Source: an uncultured Nitrososphaerota archaeon
Lineage (GTDB): Archaea; Asgardarchaeota; Njordarchaeia; Njordarchaeales; Panguiarchaeaceae
Reading direction: 5' to 3'
Assembly (NCBI GenBank): GCA_964636085.1
Contig: CAZWPQ010000039.1
Location: 1 to 17,484 of the forward strand
Length of the DNA: 17,484 bases
Below, in pieces: positions 8,318-17,484 of the stretch. Each line of letters starts with the position of its first letter. Position 1 is the first letter of the stretch. A program made the position numbers and the translations under genes. The notes beneath the pieces were generated by a model. The model did not search any database, was not told the origin of the DNA, and saw only the letters and a list, made by a program, of their open reading frames with translations.

Positions 8318-8677
8318 AAAAATGTATGTATTATTATATATTTATTTGTCAATGCGGTCATGTAGACTGGATCCATGGGCTGCTTTTTACTCTGACTTTA
8401 TCAAACTAAGAATGATTGGTTATGGTATTCGAGGCCGCCATTTCAGCAATGGAAAATATTGGGTCTCCGAATGACGCTAGTCATGTAGATGGTGTCGTTA
8501 GGCGAGATCTCAATAATCATTATTATGTATCATATATATTTCTCAATAGAGTATTTAGATAGAATCATCAAAGGTTGCCACATAGATCAAACAAATATTA
8601 TGTCGAGATAACATGCTCTAGAGATATCTTACATGAGATGAGCGCCATTAAGAATCTTATCAATTGTGATGTACTTC

Positions 8678-8685
8678 TTTAAATA
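8678..8685 (+). promoter_or_regulatory. Putative archaeal TATA box for giant protein 2
   Basis: TTTAAATA fits the TTTA(A/T)ATA consensus and ends about 49 nt before ATG 8734. Confidence 0.45.
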
Positions 8686-8733
8686 CTATCATGTCCTTCT
8701 TATAATTCATTTGTTCGTATAGGTATTGAAAAA

Positions 8734-11700
8734 ATGTCGAGAAAATTTATTGGTTGTGTGATGATAGCTGTATTATTTGTGCAGATGTTTCTTTTCATTT
8801 ATAACACTAAGCCTCATATACAGCCTATGAATAGTGATGTGGTGATGGAACAGAAGGATAATGAGATAATTTTTGTAAAAAGATTACAGGATAGGATTGT
8901 ACACCTAGAGCTAAGAATGGATAATCTAACAACACGCCAGGGATCCTCGCAACAGAGTCTCTGGTGGGAATCGTCATGGGGATATAGAGTAAATGTCTCC
9001 ATACATGAACCCAACATAATTGATCGGCAAGATTGGCCGGTAGATGTATATATGTGTTTCAGACCTGTCGCCCATAGGTATTCTGTTCGCGTTATCGAGG
9101 TATTAGATTCTTATCCGTTTTTTCAGGAAATAAAATACCAATTATGGAACATTACTTATCATAACCAAACACACATAGACTCTGCAACAATTACATTCCT
9201 CGTTACATTACAAAGGGGGGATATTAAGGATTTCCAGATATATTGGAGTATATTAGAGAAGAACCCCCCTAGCTACAGCAAGGCTATAACTATTTCGAAG
9301 CAATCAACACCAGAAGGCACAAAATATATAGTTCTATCAGAAAGAGGATGGTCGGCGGAGATACCCCCGACAGCTGGTGGAAGAATGGGGAACATTACTC
9401 TTGCATCCAGCGATAAGATAGGGCATACATATCTCCATTATGGAGCGACTAGAAACTTTACACTGGAATATGGGGGATATATTGGTAGTGGGAATACAGA
9501 CTATGATTACGTTTGGAGAGGCATAATAGAGGAAGATGAATCACTAACGAGCATGTATTCGGGTATTATATTTGCAACATACAGTGTGAGGAATATATCG
9601 CTGTATGATCAATATAAGGGCGAAGTGGCCGTCGTGAACTACACATATAGATTCTATCCTTGGGGTGTGATTACCAGTGAAGAAATCATATGGAGAAGTG
9701 ATGACAATGCAGATTATATTGTGGGGGGATGGGTGTTCGATCAAGATGATGGATCGGGTCCGATATCAACGTTTAATAGGGTTGGAAGGAAAAACAATAT
9801 TACGGGACTCCCCGAGATATATAGTTATCCGAGCATGTATGGTATACTATCCGTCTCATGGAGCCATCTTTTCTATGATGGCCCACCAAATCCGTGGATT
9901 CGTGTACATAGGATAAATCTAACCCCACAGACAATTCATACGATTACCGTATATTCTACAGACAATCTATTTGGGATAAGGGATGATCCTGGACTGATAA
10001 TCTATTCTCCAAATGGCACATATGTAGATGATGAAGCCAAGGAAAATTCAGTATCCTTGGATGTTGATACATCAATATATGGAGAAGGCATGTACTTTAT
10101 TGTTGTGTATTGTAGTGATGAGGATTTCCTAAACGGCTACATGAATTATGATATCGAGTTGGATGGCACCGTGGTTACTAGTGGGACTGTGAAGGCCACA
10201 AACAACTATGGTATTATTCCTATAGGCTCAATAAATGTCCATGACCTCAACATAACCGATGCTGTAGGTTTTAATCATACTGTCAAGTTGTATTGGTCTG
10301 CAAGTGATAATCTTGACTTATATGTCTATGACCAGAATGGATTTCTGGTGGGTAATTCTACTGGGACATCCCAAGAGGAGACAATCATATTCGAGGCAAC
10401 ATCCACGGGGCATGCATCCATTCTCGTACATAAATATTCGGGCCCCTCACCATCTGTTTCGTATACACTGAGTGTGACTGTTGATGTAGGCCCTGAGTAC
10501 ATAGATGCCTATGATATGGGTGACTGGATGAATATATCTTTCTTTCACTCAGAGGCCGATAGGGCCATAGGAATAGATATCATAGATTTTGACTTCAGTG
10601 GATCGGCCCAAAGTGAGAAGACATTGTGGTATAATGAGGGTAATGACTCAGAAATTGACTATATCCTATGGGCGAGGACACTAGATGGCTTGGTTGTATC
10701 CAAAGATGATCACCTTAGAATTATGTACTCCCTTATAGTCTGGGATCCATCTGGCAGTTCAGATCTGGATAGATATGTAGGATTCAACAATACTGCATTA
10801 GCTATTGAAAATCCATTGAACTATCAAATATATGAGGTTGAAAAATATAGAATTAAGGTCTCTGTGTTTGTGGTAGATAGGGATAATTTGGGGATAGGTA
10901 GCGTCAATATATCATTCCATAATGAATCTGGTCAAATAGTTTATTATGGCTCAACCAACAGTGATGGTTTGGCTGTTTTCGAGGTGGAGAGAGAATGGTG
11001 GAACATATCTTCATTACTATTAAGTGGAGGGTATACATATGATGCATATATCACCGCTAGTTATAATGACTCGGAACGTTATAATTATACGCTTCATAAC
11101 ACATCGGAGCAAATAAGCTATACAAAACTTCTTAAGTTCAGTATCAGAGCATATAATAATCAGACAACACCAGATGTAATCCAAGATGGACAGGTCTATC
11201 TAAACAGTAGCGCCACCAATAACGCAGAAAACATAGACTATGACATAAATGGCTACACGGATTCTCTGGGATATTATGTTGTGTATATACCCCACGGCAA
11301 TTGGACAATAAGATTCAACAAGACAGGTGGTTGGGATAGAATAACAATCTATCTTGACCAATCCTTAACGAATAATATCACTAATAGGGCCACGATGCAT
11401 ACGTTATCCATAAATTCTAGCGTCGAGTACTATTTAAAGGATTGGGACTATCCCCAAGAGGGAGTAACAATAGTTTCGACATATTTAATAGTCGATACTA
11501 ATCCATCCCCTATAGACCTATATTGGAAGGAGAGCTTTAGTGTGATTGTAGAATTGAGAAGAAGCGATAATGACCTTACAATCAATGGCACAATATTATG
11601 GTGGATCATTGGGCCCGGCGATATTTTAGTTGAGAATGGATACGGTACTACAAATGGGACACACTACACATTTACGTATAATACATCAAATCTGGTTGGT

Positions 11701-14700
11701 GGGGAAATATACTCATTGATAATTAATGCGACAGTGTCGGAGCAACCGCCACCAAATACAGAGTTCCAAGAACCCAATGACGTACAGAAATCAATTGTTG
11801 TGGGGGAGAGACCGACCACGGTGGATATAATATTTGAGCCTGCAACGGCTATATATTGGAATGAATCACTGACAATAACCGTGTATTATACGGACGCGTT
11901 GGACTCAACAAGCATAATTGAGAGTAGCGTAATTGCGAATATCTTGGGTATAGGAGAGTTCACTCTAATAGAGGAAGAACCTGGAAAATATATTCTTTAC
12001 TTCGAAACTTTCTATTGGGACGCAGATTCATACACAATAATAATATCTGCATCCAAAGGAAACTATACCGATCAGGAGAAAACATATACACTAATGGTAT
12101 ATGAGAGGCCCACAGATCTTAACGCCCCAACATTCATAAGTATCCCGTGGCAGGAGAACTATACCCTAGAAGTAGAATACTACGACTCGAGATACTCTAT
12201 CCCTGTCAAAAATGCCGATGTTTGGTACGAGATAGTTGATCCACAGAATAATGTTGTACTCTCTGGTGATATGTCGTATATTTCTGGTAAGTATGTAGCA
12301 ATTCTAGACTTAACATCGCTGAAGGAGGCAACATATACCATATATGTATACGCCACAAAAAGTAATTATGAATCAAAGATCGCTGACATAGTATTCGAAA
12401 TAAATCTGATAGCGACAGAGGTATCTGCAGACAATACGAGGATAAGCATCATATATGAACAAAATATAGTGGCTAATATCAAATATTGGGATATAGACTT
12501 TGATAAACCGGTTAGGGGTGCTACGGCAACCTATAACATTATGGGCGTGGATGTTGACTATTCCTCCAGTGGAATACTATACGATGTGGGAAACGGAACA
12601 TATGTATTGAATATTTCTAGCCTAGATATATCTCTACTGGGTACATTTTCAATCAGTATATACATAACAAAACAACATTATCAACCACAATACCTCACGA
12701 TTACGGCAGTGGTGGATCCGATACCCACAACAGCCACAGCTTCATCCATGACCGTGGAGACAGAGTGGGGTTTAAACATAAGTATATCATTTTGGTATAA
12801 TAGAACCGACAAGGGTATGGGTATTGAAAATGCAACCAATGTATCTTTCAAGATTTACCACAATAATTCAGTGATTCTAGTTGGCTATTTGCAGGAACTT
12901 GGCGACGGAATGTATAGTCTGCTTATTAACACAACACAGTTTGTGAATTATTCATACCCATACATCGGCGCCTATGTAATATATGTCTTCCTAGAAAAAA
13001 CATATTTCGTAAATCAGACCCTTACAATATCCATTGATGTAAGGGAGGTATCAATGATCGCAACAGCACAGCCAAATGAGTACAGTCTATCATGGGGACA
13101 CAGCGGGAATATATCCATAACCTACAATAGAACCAGAGATAACAGACTGATCCCCTTGGCAAATATATCCATAACTTCCTCTCCTCAAGCAGCCTCTAAT
13201 GCATTTACCTTGTTGTATAGTGAAAATGGCTATGTACTTGTGATTAATGCCACAAATATGTCCGTAGAAACAACGTATGTTCTGAATATAACTATATACA
13301 AACTATTTCATATGGCGAAGACGATAATAGTAAGGATATATGTTGAACCAATATCAACGATAGCTGTTTCATCGATTAGTGCAATAACTATAGAATACGG
13401 CTTAAACATATCGATAGATTTTTGGTACAATAGAACGGACACTGTACCTTATGCCGGAATCTATACATCAAATGCTACCTACAAGATAACCAATGCGAAT
13501 GGAGACACAATAATAACAGGCGACCTATTATATGCAAGCGATGGAGAGTATATGTATAGGATGAACTCCAGCTACATTGTTAAAAATAATTTCACAAGTA
13601 GCCTCGGTACATATCACCTATATGTATACTTCAATAAAACAAACTATGTTAGCCAGTCTCTGATCATTGTGATGACAATAGAGGAAATAGCTACATTGTG
13701 CTATGCATCCACGACCAATATTAGTCTGGAGTGGAATATAACGCATAGAATTTCATTATATTATAATAGGTCTAGGGATTCTATTTTTATCACTAACGCA
13801 TCCTTTAACATAACGATATACAATAGTAGTGGCTCAATTATAGAAACAGTGGACAAATTCTTCAACATATTCCCGCAATATGATAGGTATGTCCTAGAGA
13901 TAAACACTACGGGTTTGGAGACAATGTTATACATATTGGAAATTATGTTATTCAAAGAATACCATAGCATAGGAAAGTTGAGGATTTTTGTGGATGTAAA
14001 GCCGATACCCACTTTTGCTGTGCCCTCTGAGAAGACAGTCACTGTGGAATATCCCAAAAATTATACGTTCATCATTTGGTACTATACTGAAAGCTATAAT
14101 ATTTCGAATGCCAGTAATTCATATAGTGTATATTATGGAGGGGAGCTCATATATTGGGGCAACCTAAGCTACAGTGATGCACAAGAATATTATGAGTTAT
14201 TCATGTTTACTGTTGATCTGTTTAATAAAACAAATTCCGAAGAGTTGCCCGTGACATTGACGATAGAAGTCAAGCTGAGTAGTAAACATCATCAAACACA
14301 GGTACTGTATATTGCGTATACCATATGTGCCATAAATACGAAGTTAACATTGTCCGAGAAGTCAGTGACCTTGAGATATGGTGCAACGTGTGTGTTCTTT
14401 CTAAACTATACAGACTCCAGTGGTGAGATAGTATTGGCAGACGCTAACGCTACGTATGTTATCTCATTAAATGATAGTATAATAGTAACTGGATCGATAA
14501 GCTATGACGATGACCTGTGTGCCTATGTGATAGTTTTTAATTCCTCGGATATTGTATCTATGACGGGCTTATTAGGAACATACATAATACGCGTCACCTT
14601 TGAAAAGAAATACTATGAAAATCAAGAGGCACTAATTACAGTAACTGTTCAGCCCATGGAATCCAATCTAGAGGTGTCTGAGACATCTGTTGAGATGCAC

Positions 14701-16557
14701 TACAATGAGAGCTGTATGTTTACATTTAGATATATGGATATTGCTGAGGGAAGACAAATTCTGGATGCCACTGCGACTTATGAGATAATATATAATGACA
14801 GTGTCATAGCGGCTGGATACGTGCAATTTGATTCTGATGAGGATTTCTATTATCTTGTCTTTAATAGTTCCGAATTTATTAATGAGACTAGTCCTAGACT
14901 TGGTGTATATATAATTCATGTAGTATTTAGTAAACAATTCTATGAGGATGAGGAAAAATATTTGTCTGTTAATGTTATGGCAAGGGAGACAATTTTAGAG
15001 CTATCAGAGGTTTCTATAGACATTGAGTATGGGGAAAAACATAGAATCGTTCTCTGGTACATAGATGCTAAGACTTATAATCCAATACCCTATGCTGATG
15101 CGAGATATTGGATCTATTATGGGGACATCTTGATAATATCAGGGGAACTGGTCTACTGTGAGGATAATGGTAGCTATTATCTGATTTTTGATACTAAGGA
15201 TATAATAAATGAAACGTGGACATACCTCGGCACCTATACAATATCAATAAGTATATGTAAGACGCTCTACAGTCCCAACAATAGAATCGCATCAGTGACA
15301 GTGTTGAAAATTTCTACAATAGCATATGCATCACCAGAATCGCAGAGTATTGAATATGGCGAAGATGCATGCTTCCAAATATACTATCTGTTCACTAATG
15401 GAAGTATTGTGTTAAACGCTGACATGCGATATGAAATAATCCTAGGGGATGCAGTAATATCCGTGGGTGAGATGATTTATGATCCGGTTGGAGAGATGTA
15501 TGTTTTAAATATATCCTCTGCACAAATAGTCGAACAAATGACGGATGATTGGATTATATACACGATAAGGATATCCGCGGAGAAATACTATTGTGTAGCA
15601 CAGGAAATAGTATTGTCGCTAACCATCACAAAAATTGCATGTATGGTTGAAATATCTGGAGAAGAAATTTTTGCTGAATGGGGCCAAAAAATAGGAGTAG
15701 AAATCAACATAATCAGAAACCAGACGCTGGAACCAGTATATAACATATCTATAATCCTCACTGGTATACCAGAATATTCCTGGCAAGTAATAGGGGAAAA
15801 TCCATATATCCTATTAATCGATACCTCGTTACTTGAGACAATAGATACAAGAAATGGTAGTTATGTTGTAGAAATAATGTTCGATAAGGAATTCCATATA
15901 ATACCCCCACAAAGCTTTAGTCTTGCGATAACTAAGGTACAACTGATCCTGAGTTTTTCGGTTTCCCCGCCCGAGAGCATTACATATTTGCAATACATAG
16001 ATAGGAAAAAAACCACGCAGTTTGAGGTGCAGATATCACACAATTCTACCCCCATGAGTAATGTATCTGCATATTTGCATATATATAGCATAGAGGCTGG
16101 GATTGATAGATATATTGGTTTAAGCGAATCCAGAGTTTTGGGTCTCTACTACTGTGAAATCGTCTGGAACGAGTTCCCACCAGGGTACACATGGCTAATA
16201 GAGATTGGGGTACATAGCATACTTCTATATGACTTCAACATTACTGAGGATAAGCTCCTATACAATAGGCTTACACATGAGCTAAAGATGGATTATGTAT
16301 CGGGCTCTGTTGTGATAGAATTTCCGTATCTCGGCAAGAAAATATATCTAGCAAAGATGTACTATTATCCAATGATTCTATTGTTTATGCTATTCGTGGC
16401 CGTAGGTGGATACAAGGTGATAACATGGTATTTACTGCCGAAGGAGGTTAAGGAAATCGACAAGATCCTAAAAATGCTAAAGAAAGGAATATTCGAATAT
16501 GCATCGCCCAGCCGATGGGAATATATCTCAAAAATGATTGAGAAGGAAATCCATTAG
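8734..16557 (+). CDS. Giant single-pass cell-surface glycoprotein 2 (2607 aa): signal peptide, DUF2341-like domain (~8962-9249), beta-supersandwich-like region with 2 PPC-like domains (~9895-10482), 2 carboxypeptidase-regulatory-like domains (~10852-11445), ~15 Ig-like stalk repeats, TM helix, cytoplasmic tail
   Basis: Uninterrupted 7.8-kb ORF. N-terminus MSRKFIGCVMIAVLFVQMFLFIY; WWESSWGYRVNVSI...SVRVIE...FQIYW; DNLDLYVYDQNG..VG.S.....EE.I...YSG....YTL.V (PPC-like); C-terminal hydrophobic YYYPMILLFMLFVAVGGY; dense sequons. Confidence 0.92.
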   Translation: MSRKFIGCVMIAVLFVQMFLFIYNTKPHIQPMNSDVVMEQKDNEIIFVKRLQDRIVHLELRMDNLTTRQGSSQQSLWWESSWGYRVNVSIHEPNIIDRQDWPVDVYMCFRPVAHRYSVRVIEVLDSYPFFQEIKYQLWNITYHNQTHIDSATITFLVTLQRGDIKDFQIYWSILEKNPPSYSKAITISKQSTPEGTKYIVLSERGWSAEIPPTAGGRMGNITLASSDKIGHTYLHYGATRNFTLEYGGYIGSGNTDYDYVWRGIIEEDESLTSMYSGIIFATYSVRNISLYDQYKGEVAVVNYTYRFYPWGVITSEEIIWRSDDNADYIVGGWVFDQDDGSGPISTFNRVGRKNNITGLPEIYSYPSMYGILSVSWSHLFYDGPPNPWIRVHRINLTPQTIHTITVYSTDNLFGIRDDPGLIIYSPNGTYVDDEAKENSVSLDVDTSIYGEGMYFIVVYCSDEDFLNGYMNYDIELDGTVVTSGTVKATNNYGIIPIGSINVHDLNITDAVGFNHTVKLYWSASDNLDLYVYDQNGFLVGNSTGTSQEETIIFEATSTGHASILVHKYSGPSPSVSYTLSVTVDVGPEYIDAYDMGDWMNISFFHSEADRAIGIDIIDFDFSGSAQSEKTLWYNEGNDSEIDYILWARTLDGLVVSKDDHLRIMYSLIVWDPSGSSDLDRYVGFNNTALAIENPLNYQIYEVEKYRIKVSVFVVDRDNLGIGSVNISFHNESGQIVYYGSTNSDGLAVFEVEREWWNISSLLLSGGYTYDAYITASYNDSERYNYTLHNTSEQISYTKLLKFSIRAYNNQTTPDVIQDGQVYLNSSATNNAENIDYDINGYTDSLGYYVVYIPHGNWTIRFNKTGGWDRITIYLDQSLTNNITNRATMHTLSINSSVEYYLKDWDYPQEGVTIVSTYLIVDTNPSPIDLYWKESFSVIVELRRSDNDLTINGTILWWIIGPGDILVENGYGTTNGTHYTFTYNTSNLVGGEIYSLIINATVSEQPPPNTEFQEPNDVQKSIVVGERPTTVDIIFEPATAIYWNESLTITVYYTDALDSTSIIESSVIANILGIGEFTLIEEEPGKYILYFETFYWDADSYTIIISASKGNYTDQEKTYTLMVYERPTDLNAPTFISIPWQENYTLEVEYYDSRYSIPVKNADVWYEIVDPQNNVVLSGDMSYISGKYVAILDLTSLKEATYTIYVYATKSNYESKIADIVFEINLIATEVSADNTRISIIYEQNIVANIKYWDIDFDKPVRGATATYNIMGVDVDYSSSGILYDVGNGTYVLNISSLDISLLGTFSISIYITKQHYQPQYLTITAVVDPIPTTATASSMTVETEWGLNISISFWYNRTDKGMGIENATNVSFKIYHNNSVILVGYLQELGDGMYSLLINTTQFVNYSYPYIGAYVIYVFLEKTYFVNQTLTISIDVREVSMIATAQPNEYSLSWGHSGNISITYNRTRDNRLIPLANISITSSPQAASNAFTLLYSENGYVLVINATNMSVETTYVLNITIYKLFHMAKTIIVRIYVEPISTIAVSSISAITIEYGLNISIDFWYNRTDTVPYAGIYTSNATYKITNANGDTIITGDLLYASDGEYMYRMNSSYIVKNNFTSSLGTYHLYVYFNKTNYVSQSLIIVMTIEEIATLCYASTTNISLEWNITHRISLYYNRSRDSIFITNASFNITIYNSSGSIIETVDKFFNIFPQYDRYVLEINTTGLETMLYILEIMLFKEYHSIGKLRIFVDVKPIPTFAVPSEKTVTVEYPKNYTFIIWYYTESYNISNASNSYSVYYGGELIYWGNLSYSDAQEYYELFMFTVDLFNKTNSEELPVTLTIEVKLSSKHHQTQVLYIAYTICAINTKLTLSEKSVTLRYGATCVFFLNYTDSSGEIVLADANATYVISLNDSIIVTGSISYDDDLCAYVIVFNSSDIVSMTGLLGTYIIRVTFEKKYYENQEALITVTVQPMESNLEVSETSVEMHYNESCMFTFRYMDIAEGRQILDATATYEIIYNDSVIAAGYVQFDSDEDFYYLVFNSSEFINETSPRLGVYIIHVVFSKQFYEDEEKYLSVNVMARETILELSEVSIDIEYGEKHRIVLWYIDAKTYNPIPYADARYWIYYGDILIISGELVYCEDNGSYYLIFDTKDIINETWTYLGTYTISISICKTLYSPNNRIASVTVLKISTIAYASPESQSIEYGEDACFQIYYLFTNGSIVLNADMRYEIILGDAVISVGEMIYDPVGEMYVLNISSAQIVEQMTDDWIIYTIRISAEKYYCVAQEIVLSLTITKIACMVEISGEEIFAEWGQKIGVEINIIRNQTLEPVYNISIILTGIPEYSWQVIGENPYILLIDTSLLETIDTRNGSYVVEIMFDKEFHIIPPQSFSLAITKVQLILSFSVSPPESITYLQYIDRKKTTQFEVQISHNSTPMSNVSAYLHIYSIEAGIDRYIGLSESRVLGLYYCEIVWNEFPPGYTWLIEIGVHSILLYDFNITEDKLLYNRLTHELKMDYVSGSVVIEFPYLGKKIYLAKMYYYPMILLFMLFVAVGGYKVITWYLLPKEVKEIDKILKMLKKGIFEYASPSRWEYISKMIEKEIH
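11473..16290 (+). repeat. Array of about 15 diverged 100-110 aa Ig-like stalk repeats
   Basis: Recurrent I/R.T.........(Y/W)G.......Y.......I..A...Y.I......G.......G.Y.L....S....G.Y.I.....K.YY..Q. Unit starts include 12721, 13048, 13351, 13687, 14005, 14332, 14656, 14983, 15310, 15634 and 15937. Confidence 0.85.
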
Positions 16558-16566
16558 GTGATGAAC

Positions 16567-17484
16567 GTGAGATGGAAGCTTATATTTATCGTCCTACTGA
16601 TCATATACATGGCTCAGCATGTATCAGCATATGGCGGTGGTTCCTATACAAAATACGGCGAGAAGAGTACCGTTGTTAATACGCCAACGCTTAGGGATGT
16701 TGAAAAATTAGGTAACTTTGCCAGATGGGACCTCTTCGAAAAAGAGAAATTCACCACGAGGTCTACAACAATAGAAGCCCTAAACATAACGGATGTTTAT
16801 CTCATTGGTAGGGAGCCATATAACATAACTAGTATATTGTACAATGTTGGTCTGGATAATATACTGCTGTATGGAATAGACAACATGCCCAGCCATGGAT
16901 ATATCTTCTATTCTATGTTTCTGAATGTTAACGATGCAAATATATCGGGGATTCTATACAGAAACTTTACATTTGTGCTCCTCAGAATCGACTATACCGC
17001 AACCATAAACCGTTGGAGGGCAGATCCAAGAGAAGTAGAAATAGTCTATACAAGATCAATACTGGAAAAATGGGACGAACAGAGCGCGGGGGTGTTTCTC
17101 CAGCCAAGTATAAATGTATTAGACATAGCGTTTTTGCAGAATGGAACCCTCATGATTGTCTATGATCTGATACACTACAAATATAATAGTACCCTCGCTA
17201 TATCGCTCAGAAATACCACAATATACCTAGCAAAAATATCTGATGTAACTAATCCAGTCTGGGAAGATGTCAAAATCATAGGCCCATATGACGGCTTCAT
17301 TACAGACATGGCTATATGTACGCATGGAAATACATTCTCGATGCTATATGGGAACGCCACATACATTTCCTCAGGCACCACACTGGAACTGGTATACACG
17401 CTGGGATTCTTGGAGAATTTGAGTCAATATGACGTAGATTTAAGTGGTCCTGGATATGCATACAGACTAGTAAGTATAGGTAAT
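16567..17484 (+). CDS. Secreted/surface glycoprotein, 5' part only (at least 306 aa, runs off the window); beta-rich, function unknown
   Basis: Absent from the ORF track because there is no stop in the window. Manual translation is open to the end: MRWKLIFIVLLIIYMAQHVSA|YGGGSYTKYGEKS...GYAYRLVSIGN. Signal-peptide-like N-terminus; sequons NIT, NIT, NIS, NFT, NGT, NST, NTT, NAT, NLS. SD AGGTGA (16556-16561) overlaps the previous stop and lies 5 nt before GTG 16567; alternative start ATG 16561. Confidence 0.85.
   Translation, partial: MRWKLIFIVLLIIYMAQHVSAYGGGSYTKYGEKSTVVNTPTLRDVEKLGNFARWDLFEKEKFTTRSTTIEALNITDVYLIGREPYNITSILYNVGLDNILLYGIDNMPSHGYIFYSMFLNVNDANISGILYRNFTFVLLRIDYTATINRWRADPREVEIVYTRSILEKWDEQSAGVFLQPSINVLDIAFLQNGTLMIVYDLIHYKYNSTLAISLRNTTIYLAKISDVTNPVWEDVKIIGPYDGFITDMAICTHGNTFSMLYGNATYISSGTTLELVYTLGFLENLSQYDVDLSGPGYAYRLVSIGN

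Noticed and set aside
8814-17399. Short nested ORFs within giant protein 2 and the third ORF, including 17175-17399 on the minus strand
   Set aside because: Shadows of long + strand coding frames.
1-17484. CRISPR array, DGR template/variable repeat pair, IS element, tRNA/rRNA, intein
   Set aside because: By eye I found no near-identical nucleotide repeats, adenine-specific mismatch pairs, RT/transposase/Cas motifs or structured RNA genes. The repeats are diverged protein-level repeats only.

Overview
AT-rich, archaeal-looking window. Support: GGTGA-type Shine-Dalgarno motifs, TATA-like boxes, oligo-T terminators and dense N-x-S/T sequons. An Asgard affiliation is only an inference from protein style. 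The window is dominated by two giant paralogous single-pass surface glycoproteins (about 2296 aa and 2607 aa), followed by the 5' part of a third secreted protein that the ORF track missed. Both giants share one chassis: signal peptide, DUF2341-like domain, beta-supersandwich-like region, 2-3 carboxypeptidase-regulatory-like domains, a stalk of about 100-aa Ig-like repeats, a TM helix, and a conserved 47-aa cytoplasmic tail. They carry different inserted tip modules: four IgGFc-binding-like repeats in the first, two PPC-like domains in the second. An orphan gcvH-like lipoyl carrier gene lies between them on the minus strand. The left edge holds a strand-specific GC-rich hairpin flanked by AUGA/UGAU (SECIS- or kink-turn-like) and a frameshifted OB-fold pseudogene. 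All domain calls come from motif recognition by eye, not database searches.
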